In this document: positions 1-6,170 of the stretch, piece after piece
Layout: the number at the start of each line of letters is the position of its first letter
Position numbering within the stretch: position 1 is the stretch's first letter
Notes under the pieces: generated by a model
Databases searched by the model: none
What the model was told of the DNA's origin: nothing
Seen by the model: the letters and a program-made list of their open reading frames with translations, nothing else
Assembly: GCA_937872425.1 (NCBI GenBank)
Contig: CALMSM010000181.1
Coordinates: 1 to 45,448, forward strand
Length of the DNA: 45,448 nucleotides
Reading direction: 5' to 3'
Source: an uncultured Candidatus Saccharibacteria bacterium
Lineage (GTDB): Bacteria; Patescibacteriota; Saccharimonadia; Saccharimonadales; CALMSM01
Made by a program: the position numbers and the translations under genes

Positions 1-84
1 CGCTCTGGTCAGCCTGCGCTGCGTTTGAAAATTAAGACTCAACAAAGGTAGAAGAGATGTTTACGTGTGCTGCCATTACACTAA

Positions 85-105
85 GGCGGCAAACAGTAAG
101 CCGCC
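85..105 (-). terminator. possible hairpin terminator after the tRNA cluster
   Basis: GGCGGC-ttactgttt-GCCGCC followed by TTAGTGT on the minus strand. The U-tract is poor. Confidence 0.25.
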
Positions 106-169
106 CCCTGGAGTCGAACCAAGACCACGATCTTAGGATGATGTAATCCCTTCAAAGCATTTGAGTCAG

Positions 170-240
170 TGGGCCTTGAGGGAATCGAACCCTCAACTTC
201 GGTTTAAGAGACCGCTGCTTGACCTTCAAGCTAAAAGCCC
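170..240 (-). tRNA. tRNA-Lys (anticodon CTT)
   Basis: Minus-strand cloverleaf: GGGCTTT/TA/GCTT-GAAGGTC-AAGC/A/GCGGT-CTCTTAA-ACCGA/AGTT/GAGGG-TTCGATT-CCCTC/AAGGCCC plus discriminator A. The 7-bp acceptor has one G.U pair, the T-loop is canonical, and the anticodon loop is CT-CTT-AA. No CCA is encoded. Confidence 0.8.
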
Positions 241-345
241 AAAATTGCTGTATTCACTTTTCAACCTGCGAACTGCGCCGTCCAACCAGTGTTGTTCGGC
301 TTGAGGCTTTCTACCACACTTCGTTCTGCTTCGTCAACTACTTTG

Positions 346-416
346 TGCCGATTGACAGAATCGAACTGTCGCGTCCGTCTTACGAGGGCGGCGTACTTCC
401 ACTATACGAAGTCGGC
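346..416 (-). tRNA. tRNA-Thr (anticodon CGT)
   Basis: Minus-strand cloverleaf: GCCGACT/TC/GTAT-AGTGGAA-GTAC/G/CCGCC-CTCGTAA-GACGG/ACGC/GACAG-TTCGATT-CTGTC/AATCGGC plus A. There is one mismatch in the acceptor stem and one in the anticodon stem. The T-arm is canonical. Confidence 0.75.
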
Positions 417-811
417 GACGATCTTCTTGTTTTTGTGCGAAGTCGGTGGCAATTTGCGCAGACGATTTCGCACTTACTGATTTCTTTCAAAACATCTTCC
501 CACGGACGATGCTTCATGTCTGATACGTTATGTTTTTTGTCTCGGAGGCGGTCGAAATCCATGCAAACGGGGTCGTACTTTACGTTGCAATCAGCACAGG
601 GGCGCGACTTGACTTCTTCGATTTTGCGCTTGAAATCTGCTCTTTCTCTAAAGTTCCGTTTTCGTTGCTCTTTACTTCTTTTCTCTCGGTGCTTAGAGTA
701 CCAGGCTTTATGGTACTCCGCATCGCACTCAAGACACCGTCTTCGTTTTTTACCTTTGCGGCTACCGAACTCTGTATCTTGCTTCTCTCGCTCGCACTTG
801 ATGCATTTCAT
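380..811 (-). CDS. HNH homing-type endonuclease (paralog 1)
   Basis: 143 aa. It has an N-terminal CxxC...CxxC ribbon (CIKC, CLEC), a basic linker, and the HNH core CADC...MDFDRLRDKKHNV...ISKCEIVCANCH. The ATG at 811 is preceded by AGTAATCT plus 7 nt. The 3' end overlaps tRNA-Thr by 37 nt. Confidence 0.8.
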   Translation of the reverse strand: MKCIKCEREKQDTEFGSRKGKKRRRCLECDAEYHKAWYSKHREKRSKEQRKRNFRERADFKRKIEEVKSRPCADCNVKYDPVCMDFDRLRDKKHNVSDMKHRPWEDVLKEISKCEIVCANCHRLRTKTRRSSPTSYSGSTPPS

Positions 812-818
812 ACTACCC

Positions 819-826
819 AGATTACT
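819..826 (-). promoter_or_regulatory. AGTAATCT motif (-10-like TAATCT) 7 nt upstream of the HNH ATG
   Basis: The minus strand reads ACAGTAATCT-gggtagt-ATG. No Shine-Dalgarno sequence is present. Confidence 0.45.
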
Positions 827-859
827 GTTCGTAAACCTCTTGTTGTTTACGAGAGCATT

Positions 860-1243
860 CTACTCGTCGTCTCTCCGACTGTCAAGCCTTCTTTGCTGCG
901 TTCTTTCAGCGTGGCAGTTGGCACATACTACTTCGCACTTCGAGATTTCTTCTACCAAAAGAAGAAGGGGTCCGTCGACTTCTTGACCGATTTCAAACTT
1001 TTTGTCTCGCAGGTGGTCAAACTGCATCACGTACGGCGGATACCGAACTCCACAGTCGGCGCACTGCTTATTCTTTTGTTCGTCAATCCACTCTCGACGC
1101 TTAGCTCTCCATCTTTTTTGCTTTTCACGAAAAAGCTTTTTGTCTTTAGCTGCGTATCGTTCTCGATCGTTTTGTTGTCGGCACGGTCGACACCACGAAT
1201 GTCTATCTTGGTGTTCTTGTTCACATTTGGTACATTTTCTCAT
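860..1243 (-). CDS. HNH homing-type endonuclease (paralog 2)
   Basis: The ORF track (860..1255) starts at a TTG; the first ATG is at 1243 (MRKCTKCEQ...). The architecture matches 380..811: CTKC/CRPC ribbon, then CADC...MQFDHLRDKKFEI...ISKCEVVCANCH. Confidence 0.75.
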   Translation of the reverse strand: MRKCTKCEQEHQDRHSWCRPCRQQNDRERYAAKDKKLFREKQKRWRAKRREWIDEQKNKQCADCGVRYPPYVMQFDHLRDKKFEIGQEVDGPLLLLVEEISKCEVVCANCHAERTQQRRLDSRRDDE

Positions 1244-1254
1244 ATCGGGAAACA

Positions 1255-1262
1255 AGATTACT
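1255..1262 (-). promoter_or_regulatory. AGTAATCT motif 11 nt upstream of the HNH ATG at 1243
   Basis: The minus strand reads ACAGTAATCT-tgtttcccgat-ATG. The 11-mer AACAGTAATCT is shared with the 819 copy. Confidence 0.4.
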
Positions 1263-1276
1263 GTTTCCTGATTGTG

Positions 1277-1349
1277 TCAGGGAGGCTGGAGTTGCACCAG
1301 CTACCTCTCGGATCCCGACCGAGTATTCACCTGCATGAAATTCACCCTG
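1277..1349 (-). ncRNA. non-canonical tRNA-like cloverleaf (possible degenerate tRNA or structured RNA)
   Basis: The minus strand folds as CAGGGTG/AAT/TTCA-TGCAGG-TGAA/TA/CTCGG-TCGGGAT-CCGAG/AGGTA/GCTGG-TGCAACT-CCAGC/CTCCCTG plus A (73 nt). 6 of 7 acceptor pairs form. Spacer lengths are irregular, position 33 is C, and the T-loop is TGCAACT rather than TTCRANT. It lies about 30 nt downstream of a consensus promoter at 1381-1409. Confidence 0.25.
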
Positions 1350-1380
1350 ATGTGCAGCCTGTTATTCACTTGTGGGACCC

Positions 1381-1409
1381 CTTATACACGCCAGGTCCAG
1401 AAACGTCAA
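1381..1409 (-). promoter_or_regulatory. sigma70-consensus promoter with no downstream ORF
   Basis: The minus strand reads TTGACG-N17-TATAAG, the same hexamers as the promoter at 14585-14613. No ATG lies within 10 nt. The next element downstream is a tRNA-like fold. Confidence 0.5.
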
Positions 1410-1526
1410 GACCCGGTCACCTTTTCGGGGCGCCGGGTCCTTGGGTCCAAGAGGACGTAGCGGCGCCATTCCCTTTAAGTAGGGCGAATTTCCTTCACTG
1501 GCGTCGCTTTTGCGTTCATAGGCTGG

Positions 1527-1534
1527 AGATTACT
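1527..1534 (-). promoter_or_regulatory. AGTAATCT motif overlapping the stop codon of 1530..1886
   Basis: The minus strand reads GAGAAGTAATCT-ccagcct-ATG. The ATG opens only a 14-codon ORF. Confidence 0.35.
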
Positions 1535-1886
1535 TCTCTGTTGGGGGCTTCTTCTTGCTGGGGTGCTCGCAGCAGTCTTTGTCGTGACCTACGGACATTA
1601 GGTCCTTGATGTCGCACTCGCACTGGCCAGGGTGTTCGGGGTAGCCGCCCGGGATTAAGAAGTCGACGTGTACGAAGGACAACGCCACCGGGAGCTTGAT
1701 GTCGCACCAGCATTCTTGCTGGTGCTGGCGTGCGTGGGCCTCAAGTTCTTCCACGGGGTCCGTCTTCATACGGGGGTCGTCACCTAACGGGTAGTAGCCC
1801 GTCCCCTGAACGAGCTTTGTGGGAGCGGCGTTGTAGTTGCCTGCTTCGAGAGCTTTGAGCAGGGCCTGAGTGAGTTCGCTGGTCAT
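1530..1886 (-). CDS. Cys/His-rich small protein carrying a major-capsid-protein-like N-terminal leader
   Basis: 118 aa. The first 28 aa (MTSELTQALLKALEAGNYNAAPTKLVQG) nearly duplicate the MCP N-terminus. The remainder is rich in C/H clusters (ECWCD, HPGQCECD, HDKDCCEHP). It lies 13 nt downstream of the tailspike gene. Confidence 0.7.
   Translation of the reverse strand: MTSELTQALLKALEAGNYNAAPTKLVQGTGYYPLGDDPRMKTDPVEELEAHARQHQQECWCDIKLPVALSFVHVDFLIPGGYPEHPGQCECDIKDLMSVGHDKDCCEHPSKKKPPTEK
1821..1886. repeat. 66-nt direct repeat, copy A (5' end of 1530..1886)
   Basis: 59/66 identical to 6069-6134 at a constant offset of 4248 nt, including a 26-nt perfect run (1828-1853 = 6076-6101). Confidence 0.85.
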
Positions 1887-1898
1887 GGAGCCATCATA

Positions 1899-3551
1899 TC
1901 ACGCCGAGATGGCGCCGAAGGTCTTCCAGGTCCCCGGAGTACCCGAAGCCGTGCAGACCCACCCGATGAAGCCGCTGGCTGAGGGGTCGGTGTTGAAGAC
2001 GATGTCGCCTCGGACCCAGGTCCCTGCCACGGGAATGCTGGCAGCCCTACGGAGCTTCTGGGTGTCAATGGCCAGGCCGGTGACAGCGACCAATTCGTCG
2101 TCGGTCTTGAGTTGGTTGGCGGCCGAGCGATACAAATTCGTGTCAAGGGGGAACGTGTTGGCGCCCCACTCCATCTTCCCGTCAGCGTACCGAATCCAGT
2201 AAGGATAGATGTTCTGGTAAATCTGCGAGAACTCGATGTATTCCCCAGCAGCGCCAGCAAAGGACCGCCTGATTTCGGAAGCACCGGTCGTAGCAAGCCA
2301 CTGGACCTTGGTGTTCATCATCTGGTTCTGACCCACGCAAGTACCTGTCACTCCAGCGTTAATCAGGAGGTCGTGGTTAGTGCCCTTGAGCAGGTTGCCG
2401 TCGACCACGTTGTCGTTGGACAACAAGGCGATGGCATACTGCTGATTCCAGGTCCCCGTTCCTGTATCTACGACCCGGTTGCCGGTGATGAGGTTGCCGC
2501 CCTCACCTGCGACCTGGATGCCAGAGACGTTGGGGTTACCTGCCTTGCAGCAATCGGTGACGGTGTTGTTGGAGACGATGTTGTTCTTGACGACGTGGAG
2601 CCCCACGTCGTGAGTCAAGTAAATACCGCCACCATCACAGCGCCTGATGGTGTTGCCGGAAATCGTACCGTACACAAAAGCATTGTTGCCCAGGATGCCA
2701 ATGCCGTCACATCCGTCGATGTTGTTCCCGAGGACCTGACTACCGGGAGCTTCGAAGTTATTGACGGTGTTGCCGCCGACGGAAATGCCACAAACAAGGG
2801 CGTTCTTGATGGTGTTGTTCTGAATCAGCACGCCCGTACCTGCGCACTCGAAGCCCTCTGAGTTGTAGAGCCTGTTGTTCGTCAAAATCGTCCAATTGCC
2901 GTTGACGTTGATACCGTTGGCACAGTTCTTGGTGACACAATCGAAGATGTGGGTTCTTTCGCTGTTGCCGTCTTCATGGATGCTGAAGCCATGGAGGTTC
3001 TCGAAGTAGCACCCCTTCACGACGAGGTCCTCGCCCGTGATGGCGTAGATGCAAGTCGATTGGGCGTTCTTGTTGAACACGAACGGGTCGTTCGTGCCGA
3101 CGAACGACAGATTTTCGTAGCGGACCTTCGTGTATCCGAACAGTGAAGAAAAGCAATAGTAGTAGGGTTCTGCGGGGTACGCTTCCGAGCCACCACGCGT
3201 GTCGCCCTCCCACTTGATGACCGTTCGTGTTCCGTCGCCTCTGATGACGAAGTTGGAAGGTACGATGACTGCGGCGTCGGCTGAATTGAGGCCAGCGGCG
3301 GTGATTCGGTAGGTCCCAGCGGGGAGGTACAGGGTGTTCCTCCCGTTTGCGACGGCGAGGTCAATGGCTTTCTGGATGGTCTTGGTGTCGTCAGCGAGAC
3401 CGTCGCCTACGCAGCCATTCAAGAGGGCGTTGACGGCGCCGCCAAATTCTCCCGTTCCGAAAGGCGAAGGAACCAGGCCGCCGGGTGAAAAGAATACGCT
3501 CAGTTTGCGCCAAGCATCGTCCCAATACCGCTTCGATTTCAAGTCAGCCAT
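1899..3551 (-). CDS. tailspike / tail fibre with pectate-lyase-type right-handed beta-helix (putative depolymerase)
   Basis: 550 aa. The N-terminal segment GAVNALLNGCVGDGLADDTKTIQKAIDLA...NTLYLPAGTYRI is the pectate-lyase-3-type signature seen in tailspikes. It is followed by a long run of G/N-rich rungs (NNT, GNN, NGN repeats). The C-terminus reads GFIGWVCTASGTPGTWKTFG. GGAG sits 6 nt before the ATG. Confidence 0.8.
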   Translation of the reverse strand: MADLKSKRYWDDAWRKLSVFFSPGGLVPSPFGTGEFGGAVNALLNGCVGDGLADDTKTIQKAIDLAVANGRNTLYLPAGTYRITAAGLNSADAAVIVPSNFVIRGDGTRTVIKWEGDTRGGSEAYPAEPYYYCFSSLFGYTKVRYENLSFVGTNDPFVFNKNAQSTCIYAITGEDLVVKGCYFENLHGFSIHEDGNSERTHIFDCVTKNCANGINVNGNWTILTNNRLYNSEGFECAGTGVLIQNNTIKNALVCGISVGGNTVNNFEAPGSQVLGNNIDGCDGIGILGNNAFVYGTISGNTIRRCDGGGIYLTHDVGLHVVKNNIVSNNTVTDCCKAGNPNVSGIQVAGEGGNLITGNRVVDTGTGTWNQQYAIALLSNDNVVDGNLLKGTNHDLLINAGVTGTCVGQNQMMNTKVQWLATTGASEIRRSFAGAAGEYIEFSQIYQNIYPYWIRYADGKMEWGANTFPLDTNLYRSAANQLKTDDELVAVTGLAIDTQKLRRAASIPVAGTWVRGDIVFNTDPSASGFIGWVCTASGTPGTWKTFGAISA

Positions 3552-3566
3552 TTAGTGCTCCAAAAG

Positions 3567-3601
3567 AAAAAAAACGCCGATGCCGTTCAGGGGCAGCGGC
3601 G
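3567..3601 (-). terminator. rho-independent terminator after 3629..3985
   Basis: The minus strand reads CGCCGCTGCC-cctgaac-GGCATCGGCG followed by TTTTTTTT. The 10-bp stem has one mismatch. Confidence 0.8.
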
Positions 3602-3628
3602 TTTGGTTAATCCGGCCGTTGAGCCCGA

Positions 3629-3985
3629 TTAGAACTTTTCAGTCGTTACAGCGGCAGCCAGAGGGGCTACGACCGAACGGATGACCATGTAGGCGTTACC
3701 GACGACAGCGGCCTGCCCAAGGTTGCCTGCGACAGCGATAGGGCCGATTTGGTCAGCCGAACCTGCAGTGGCGGGAATCATCATGACCTGGTCGCCAACT
3801 CGGAGAATACCGAAGTCGACAGTCTGGCTGACGTTCGTCGCGATGATGAGCGAAACCAGCCTGTGAGTCGCGCCATCGGCGAGAGCGTCGGCCTGGTTGA
3901 GCTTGGTGGCCACATCGTTGCCCTCGGTCTGACCGAGTACAGCCGACATGATGTTCTTTACGGTCTGAGTAGTGAGCTTTGCCAT
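3629..3985 (-). CDS. abundant small virion protein (head decoration or similar), function unknown
   Basis: 118-aa Ala/Val/Gly-rich ORF. It forms a monocistronic cassette: AGTAATCT motif at 4025-4032, GGAG RBS, then a strong rho-independent terminator at 3567-3601. Confidence 0.65.
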   Translation of the reverse strand: MAKLTTQTVKNIMSAVLGQTEGNDVATKLNQADALADGATHRLVSLIIATNVSQTVDFGILRVGDQVMMIPATAGSADQIGPIAVAGNLGQAAVVGNAYMVIRSVVAPLAAAVTTEKF

Positions 3986-4024
3986 TTGAGTACTCCAAAA
4001 GAGGTGAACTGCGAGACGAACTAC

Positions 4025-4032
4025 AGATTACT
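4025..4032 (-). promoter_or_regulatory. AGTAATCT motif upstream of 3629..3985
   Basis: The minus strand reads CAGAAGTAATCT, where TAA is the GIY-YIG stop codon. A 37-nt leader with GGAG follows before the ATG at 3985. Confidence 0.4.
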
Positions 4033-4663
4033 TCTGAGCCAGATATACGAAGGTCAAACCACCGGCCGTTTTCCGCCTTCCCTTCAAGCAATGGACGATG
4101 TTCCCAGGAGGAATCTTCCAACGCTCAGAGGCCTCCTTAATGGTCTTGTAGACACGTCCGTGTTGATCCTGGAAAGGCGGGATTGCTCTTGCGGCTGCGT
4201 GGCTGACGAGTTGTTCTGGAGTCAAGGGAAGGCCCTTTTTGGGACTTGGGCGACCCGTGAGAGTGGCTGAGATTTTTGCTTTGTGAGCTTCCGTTTTTGG
4301 AACGCCTCGAAAGTGAGCGGCACGTCTCTCGATAGTTTCTGGGGAGTCTTTATGTCCTCTACGACCACAGCCACCATCGGTAAGATTAGTAAGCGGCAAA
4401 TTTCGCCGACGCATCTCTGCAATCCAATAGATTTCGGCAGCGTCAAGATACTTAGGTCCGGGCAATTGAACCAGTACAACGAACTTGGGCTTTAGTCCTT
4501 GGTCCAGTAAAGACTGAACCCAGAACTTTTTGTGCCGGGAAGAATCACGACACTTTATCCCTTGTAGATGCTCTTGGAAGCGTGCCGACCCCTTAGAAGA
4601 TTGCCCCACATATCGGGGACAACCGCATTTCGGACAAAGCAAGGCGTAAAGGATGTGTTTCAT
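4028..4663 (-). CDS. GIY-YIG homing endonuclease (I-TevI-like, with NUMOD-type repeats)
   Basis: Start reassigned to the ATG at 4663 (MKHILYALLCPKCGCPRYVGQS...), because the TTG start at 4693 in the track lies inside the MCP terminator hairpin. Motifs: ILYAL...RYVGQS, R..EH, and E in AAEIYWI. The C-terminal repeated G.P.S.E...KIS/G.PL.PE segments resemble NUMOD3. TGTGATAATCT sits 7 nt before the ATG. Confidence 0.8.
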   Translation of the reverse strand: MKHILYALLCPKCGCPRYVGQSSKGSARFQEHLQGIKCRDSSRHKKFWVQSLLDQGLKPKFVVLVQLPGPKYLDAAEIYWIAEMRRRNLPLTNLTDGGCGRRGHKDSPETIERRAAHFRGVPKTEAHKAKISATLTGRPSPKKGLPLTPEQLVSHAAARAIPPFQDQHGRVYKTIKEASERWKIPPGNIVHCLKGRRKTAGGLTFVYLAQK

Positions 4664-4670
4664 ACCCACC

Positions 4671-4681
4671 AGATTATCACA
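4671..4681 (-). promoter_or_regulatory. extended -10 promoter, leaderless layout (GIY-YIG gene)
   Basis: The minus strand reads TGTGATAATCT-ggtgggt-ATG (4663). Confidence 0.5.
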
Positions 4682-4691
4682 CTTTGGTCGC

Positions 4692-4711
4692 AAAAAGGCC
4701 CGTGCGGGCCC
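4692..4711 (-). terminator. rho-independent terminator after the major capsid protein gene
   Basis: The minus strand reads GGCCC-gcac-GGGCC followed by TTTTT, about 40 nt after the MCP stop. Confidence 0.7.
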
Positions 4712-4748
4712 AGTTGCTTCATCTAATCAGCTAACTACTTGAAATCAC

Positions 4749-6134
4749 TCAAAAACTTCCGACAAGGTTGTCCAGGAGGACGTTCTTGCGAGGCTGGAGG
4801 ACGGCGAGGGTGCAGAAGCGGAAGTGCGCTTCAGGCAGGCTGAGGTCCGTGACGGCCAGCTTCATACGCGAGTACGGAGCAAGCTCCTTCATGGTCATGG
4901 TGTCCTTCTGGAGGAGGAACCCAGTCACGAAGCCCGGCTTCTTGTTGCCGAGGTCGGTGAACACAGTCGTCGCAGCGCCCGAGTTCGCGACACGGCCGAT
5001 GAACTTCGCGGTCGCGGCAGGAGCACCAGCGTTGGTGCGGTACACGTTGAAGTACCGAACAGCGCCAGCGGCAGGGGTGATGGTCACGGAGACCTGGTCA
5101 CCGGCAGCAGCAGCCTGCGAGCCCGAGGCCGACAGAGGCGACTCACCAAGCTCGTTCACCGAAGTGGCGAGATAGATGTAGGTACCAGCGGTCAGGGCCG
5201 AAGTACCACCGGCAGTGCCGAGGGAGATGCTGGGAGCAGCAGGACCGACAGCGCGAGCAGCGGCAGGGCCAGTCTTGCCCGAGAGGAAGCGCGAGGCCTC
5301 AACCGAGACAGTACCACCCGAAACCCACTGACGCTTCAGGTCAGCGGCGGTTGCGTCCTGGGGCGAACCAGCGAGCACGATGCGCTCCTTGCCGAAGGAA
5401 ATCTTGTTGTAGGCCGACAGAACCTTGGGGTCGACGTACAGCGTCTCAGCTTCACCGTGCTGCATGATGCTCTTGACGTGTGCATCTTCGATGGCGTCCT
5501 GGGTCAGGGTACCACCGACGCTCACGACCACGGACTCGTTCGAGCCGTATTCAGCGAACATCAGGTCGGTCGTGTTGCGCTCAGTGTCCGACATGCGGAT
5601 CTGGGCATCGAGGCCGAGGAGGTTGGGCAGCGAGGGGTACGCAGCCATGTTGCCGTCGAACACACCAGCGTTCGAGAAGTCGCTCTTACCACGGAACAAG
5701 TCGAACTCGATGTCAGCCGAGAGCTTCTTGGCAGCGTCAGCAGCAGCGCGGTCTTCAGCCTTCTGGCCGTCGATCGTCTGAATCATGTTCGCAACTACGG
5801 TCACACGACGAACGTGCGAGTAAAAGGCCATGGGGACGACGATACGTACGAACTGGCTGTCTTCCTCGACGCCGACTGCGCCTTCCTGGGTGGCAGTACC
5901 ACCGAAGATGCCGTACGAAAGCTGACGGTCGAACTGTGCGAGGGTCGACTTGCACGATTCGGTCTTCATGCCCTTCTGGAGCTTGATGGACTTCTCTTCA
6001 AACGTGACGACCTGCATTACTGACGCAAGGTCTTCAATCTGGAGAGCGCCACCCTGGACGAGAGACGAGGGCGCTGCGTTGTAGTTGCCTGCTTCGAGAG
6101 CCTTCAGCAGGGCCTGAGTGACTTCACTGGACAT
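4749..6134 (-). CDS. major capsid protein
   Basis: 461 aa, placed immediately after the scaffold gene and followed by a terminator. The composition and position are typical of an HK97-fold MCP. The N-terminal leader MSSEVTQALLKALEAGNYNAAPSSLVQGGALQIEDL is shared with two other proteins in the window. Confidence 0.8.
   Translation of the reverse strand: MSSEVTQALLKALEAGNYNAAPSSLVQGGALQIEDLASVMQVVTFEEKSIKLQKGMKTESCKSTLAQFDRQLSYGIFGGTATQEGAVGVEEDSQFVRIVVPMAFYSHVRRVTVVANMIQTIDGQKAEDRAAADAAKKLSADIEFDLFRGKSDFSNAGVFDGNMAAYPSLPNLLGLDAQIRMSDTERNTTDLMFAEYGSNESVVVSVGGTLTQDAIEDAHVKSIMQHGEAETLYVDPKVLSAYNKISFGKERIVLAGSPQDATAADLKRQWVSGGTVSVEASRFLSGKTGPAAARAVGPAAPSISLGTAGGTSALTAGTYIYLATSVNELGESPLSASGSQAAAAGDQVSVTITPAAGAVRYFNVYRTNAGAPAATAKFIGRVANSGAATTVFTDLGNKKPGFVTGFLLQKDTMTMKELAPYSRMKLAVTDLSLPEAHFRFCTLAVLQPRKNVLLDNLVGSF
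6069..6134. repeat. 66-nt direct repeat, copy B (5' end of the MCP gene)
   Basis: See copy A. A shorter related stretch, GCGGCGTTGTAGTTaCCTGC, occurs at 11974-11993 inside the protease polyprotein gene. Confidence 0.85.
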
Positions 6135-6170
6135 GGGATTTCTCCTTGATACGAAAAACTGGGGTTGGGT

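Noticed and set aside
106-169. A possible third tRNA between the 85-105 hairpin and tRNA-Lys. It has a canonical T-arm, CTTGG-TTCGACT-CCAGG.
   Set aside because: I could not find a 5' acceptor strand complementary to the 3' side (GGGCGGC), nor a canonical D-arm or 7-nt anticodon loop. I treat it as a fragment or unresolved. It needs a tRNA-finding program.
100-416. The idea that the tRNA genes or the tRNA fragment mark an attP/integration site.
   Set aside because: No integrase, excisionase or repressor-like gene is visible in the window. The overall gene content looks lytic. tRNA clusters are common in large lytic phages.
1475-1519. A 14-codon ORF (MNAKATPVKEIRPT) that begins 7 nt after an AGTAATCT motif.
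   Set aside because: It is too short to support from sequence alone. It is kept only as part of the promoter/ncRNA observation.
219-1609. Plus-strand ORFs 219-986 and 530-1609, which cover the tRNA and HNH region.
   Set aside because: They run through two tRNA genes and are antisense to two HNH genes with clear catalytic motifs. Their translations are low-complexity Ser/Leu/Phe/Arg.
4824-6023. Long ORFs antisense to clearly assigned genes. Examples: 4824-6023(+), 6165-7655(+), 7992-9101(+), 9207-10760(+), 10785-12761(+), 15473-16138(+), 16160-17011(+), 17111-18238(+), 20107-21015(+), 25087-25980(+), 28424-29233(-), 31853-32944(-), 33902-35011(-), 36717-37733(-), 37754-38869(-), 40087-41058(-), 44087-45175(-).
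   Set aside because: Their translations are Arg/Gly/Val/Leu-rich with no motifs. They mirror genes that have strong family signatures on the other strand. Long stop-free antisense frames are expected in GC-rich DNA.
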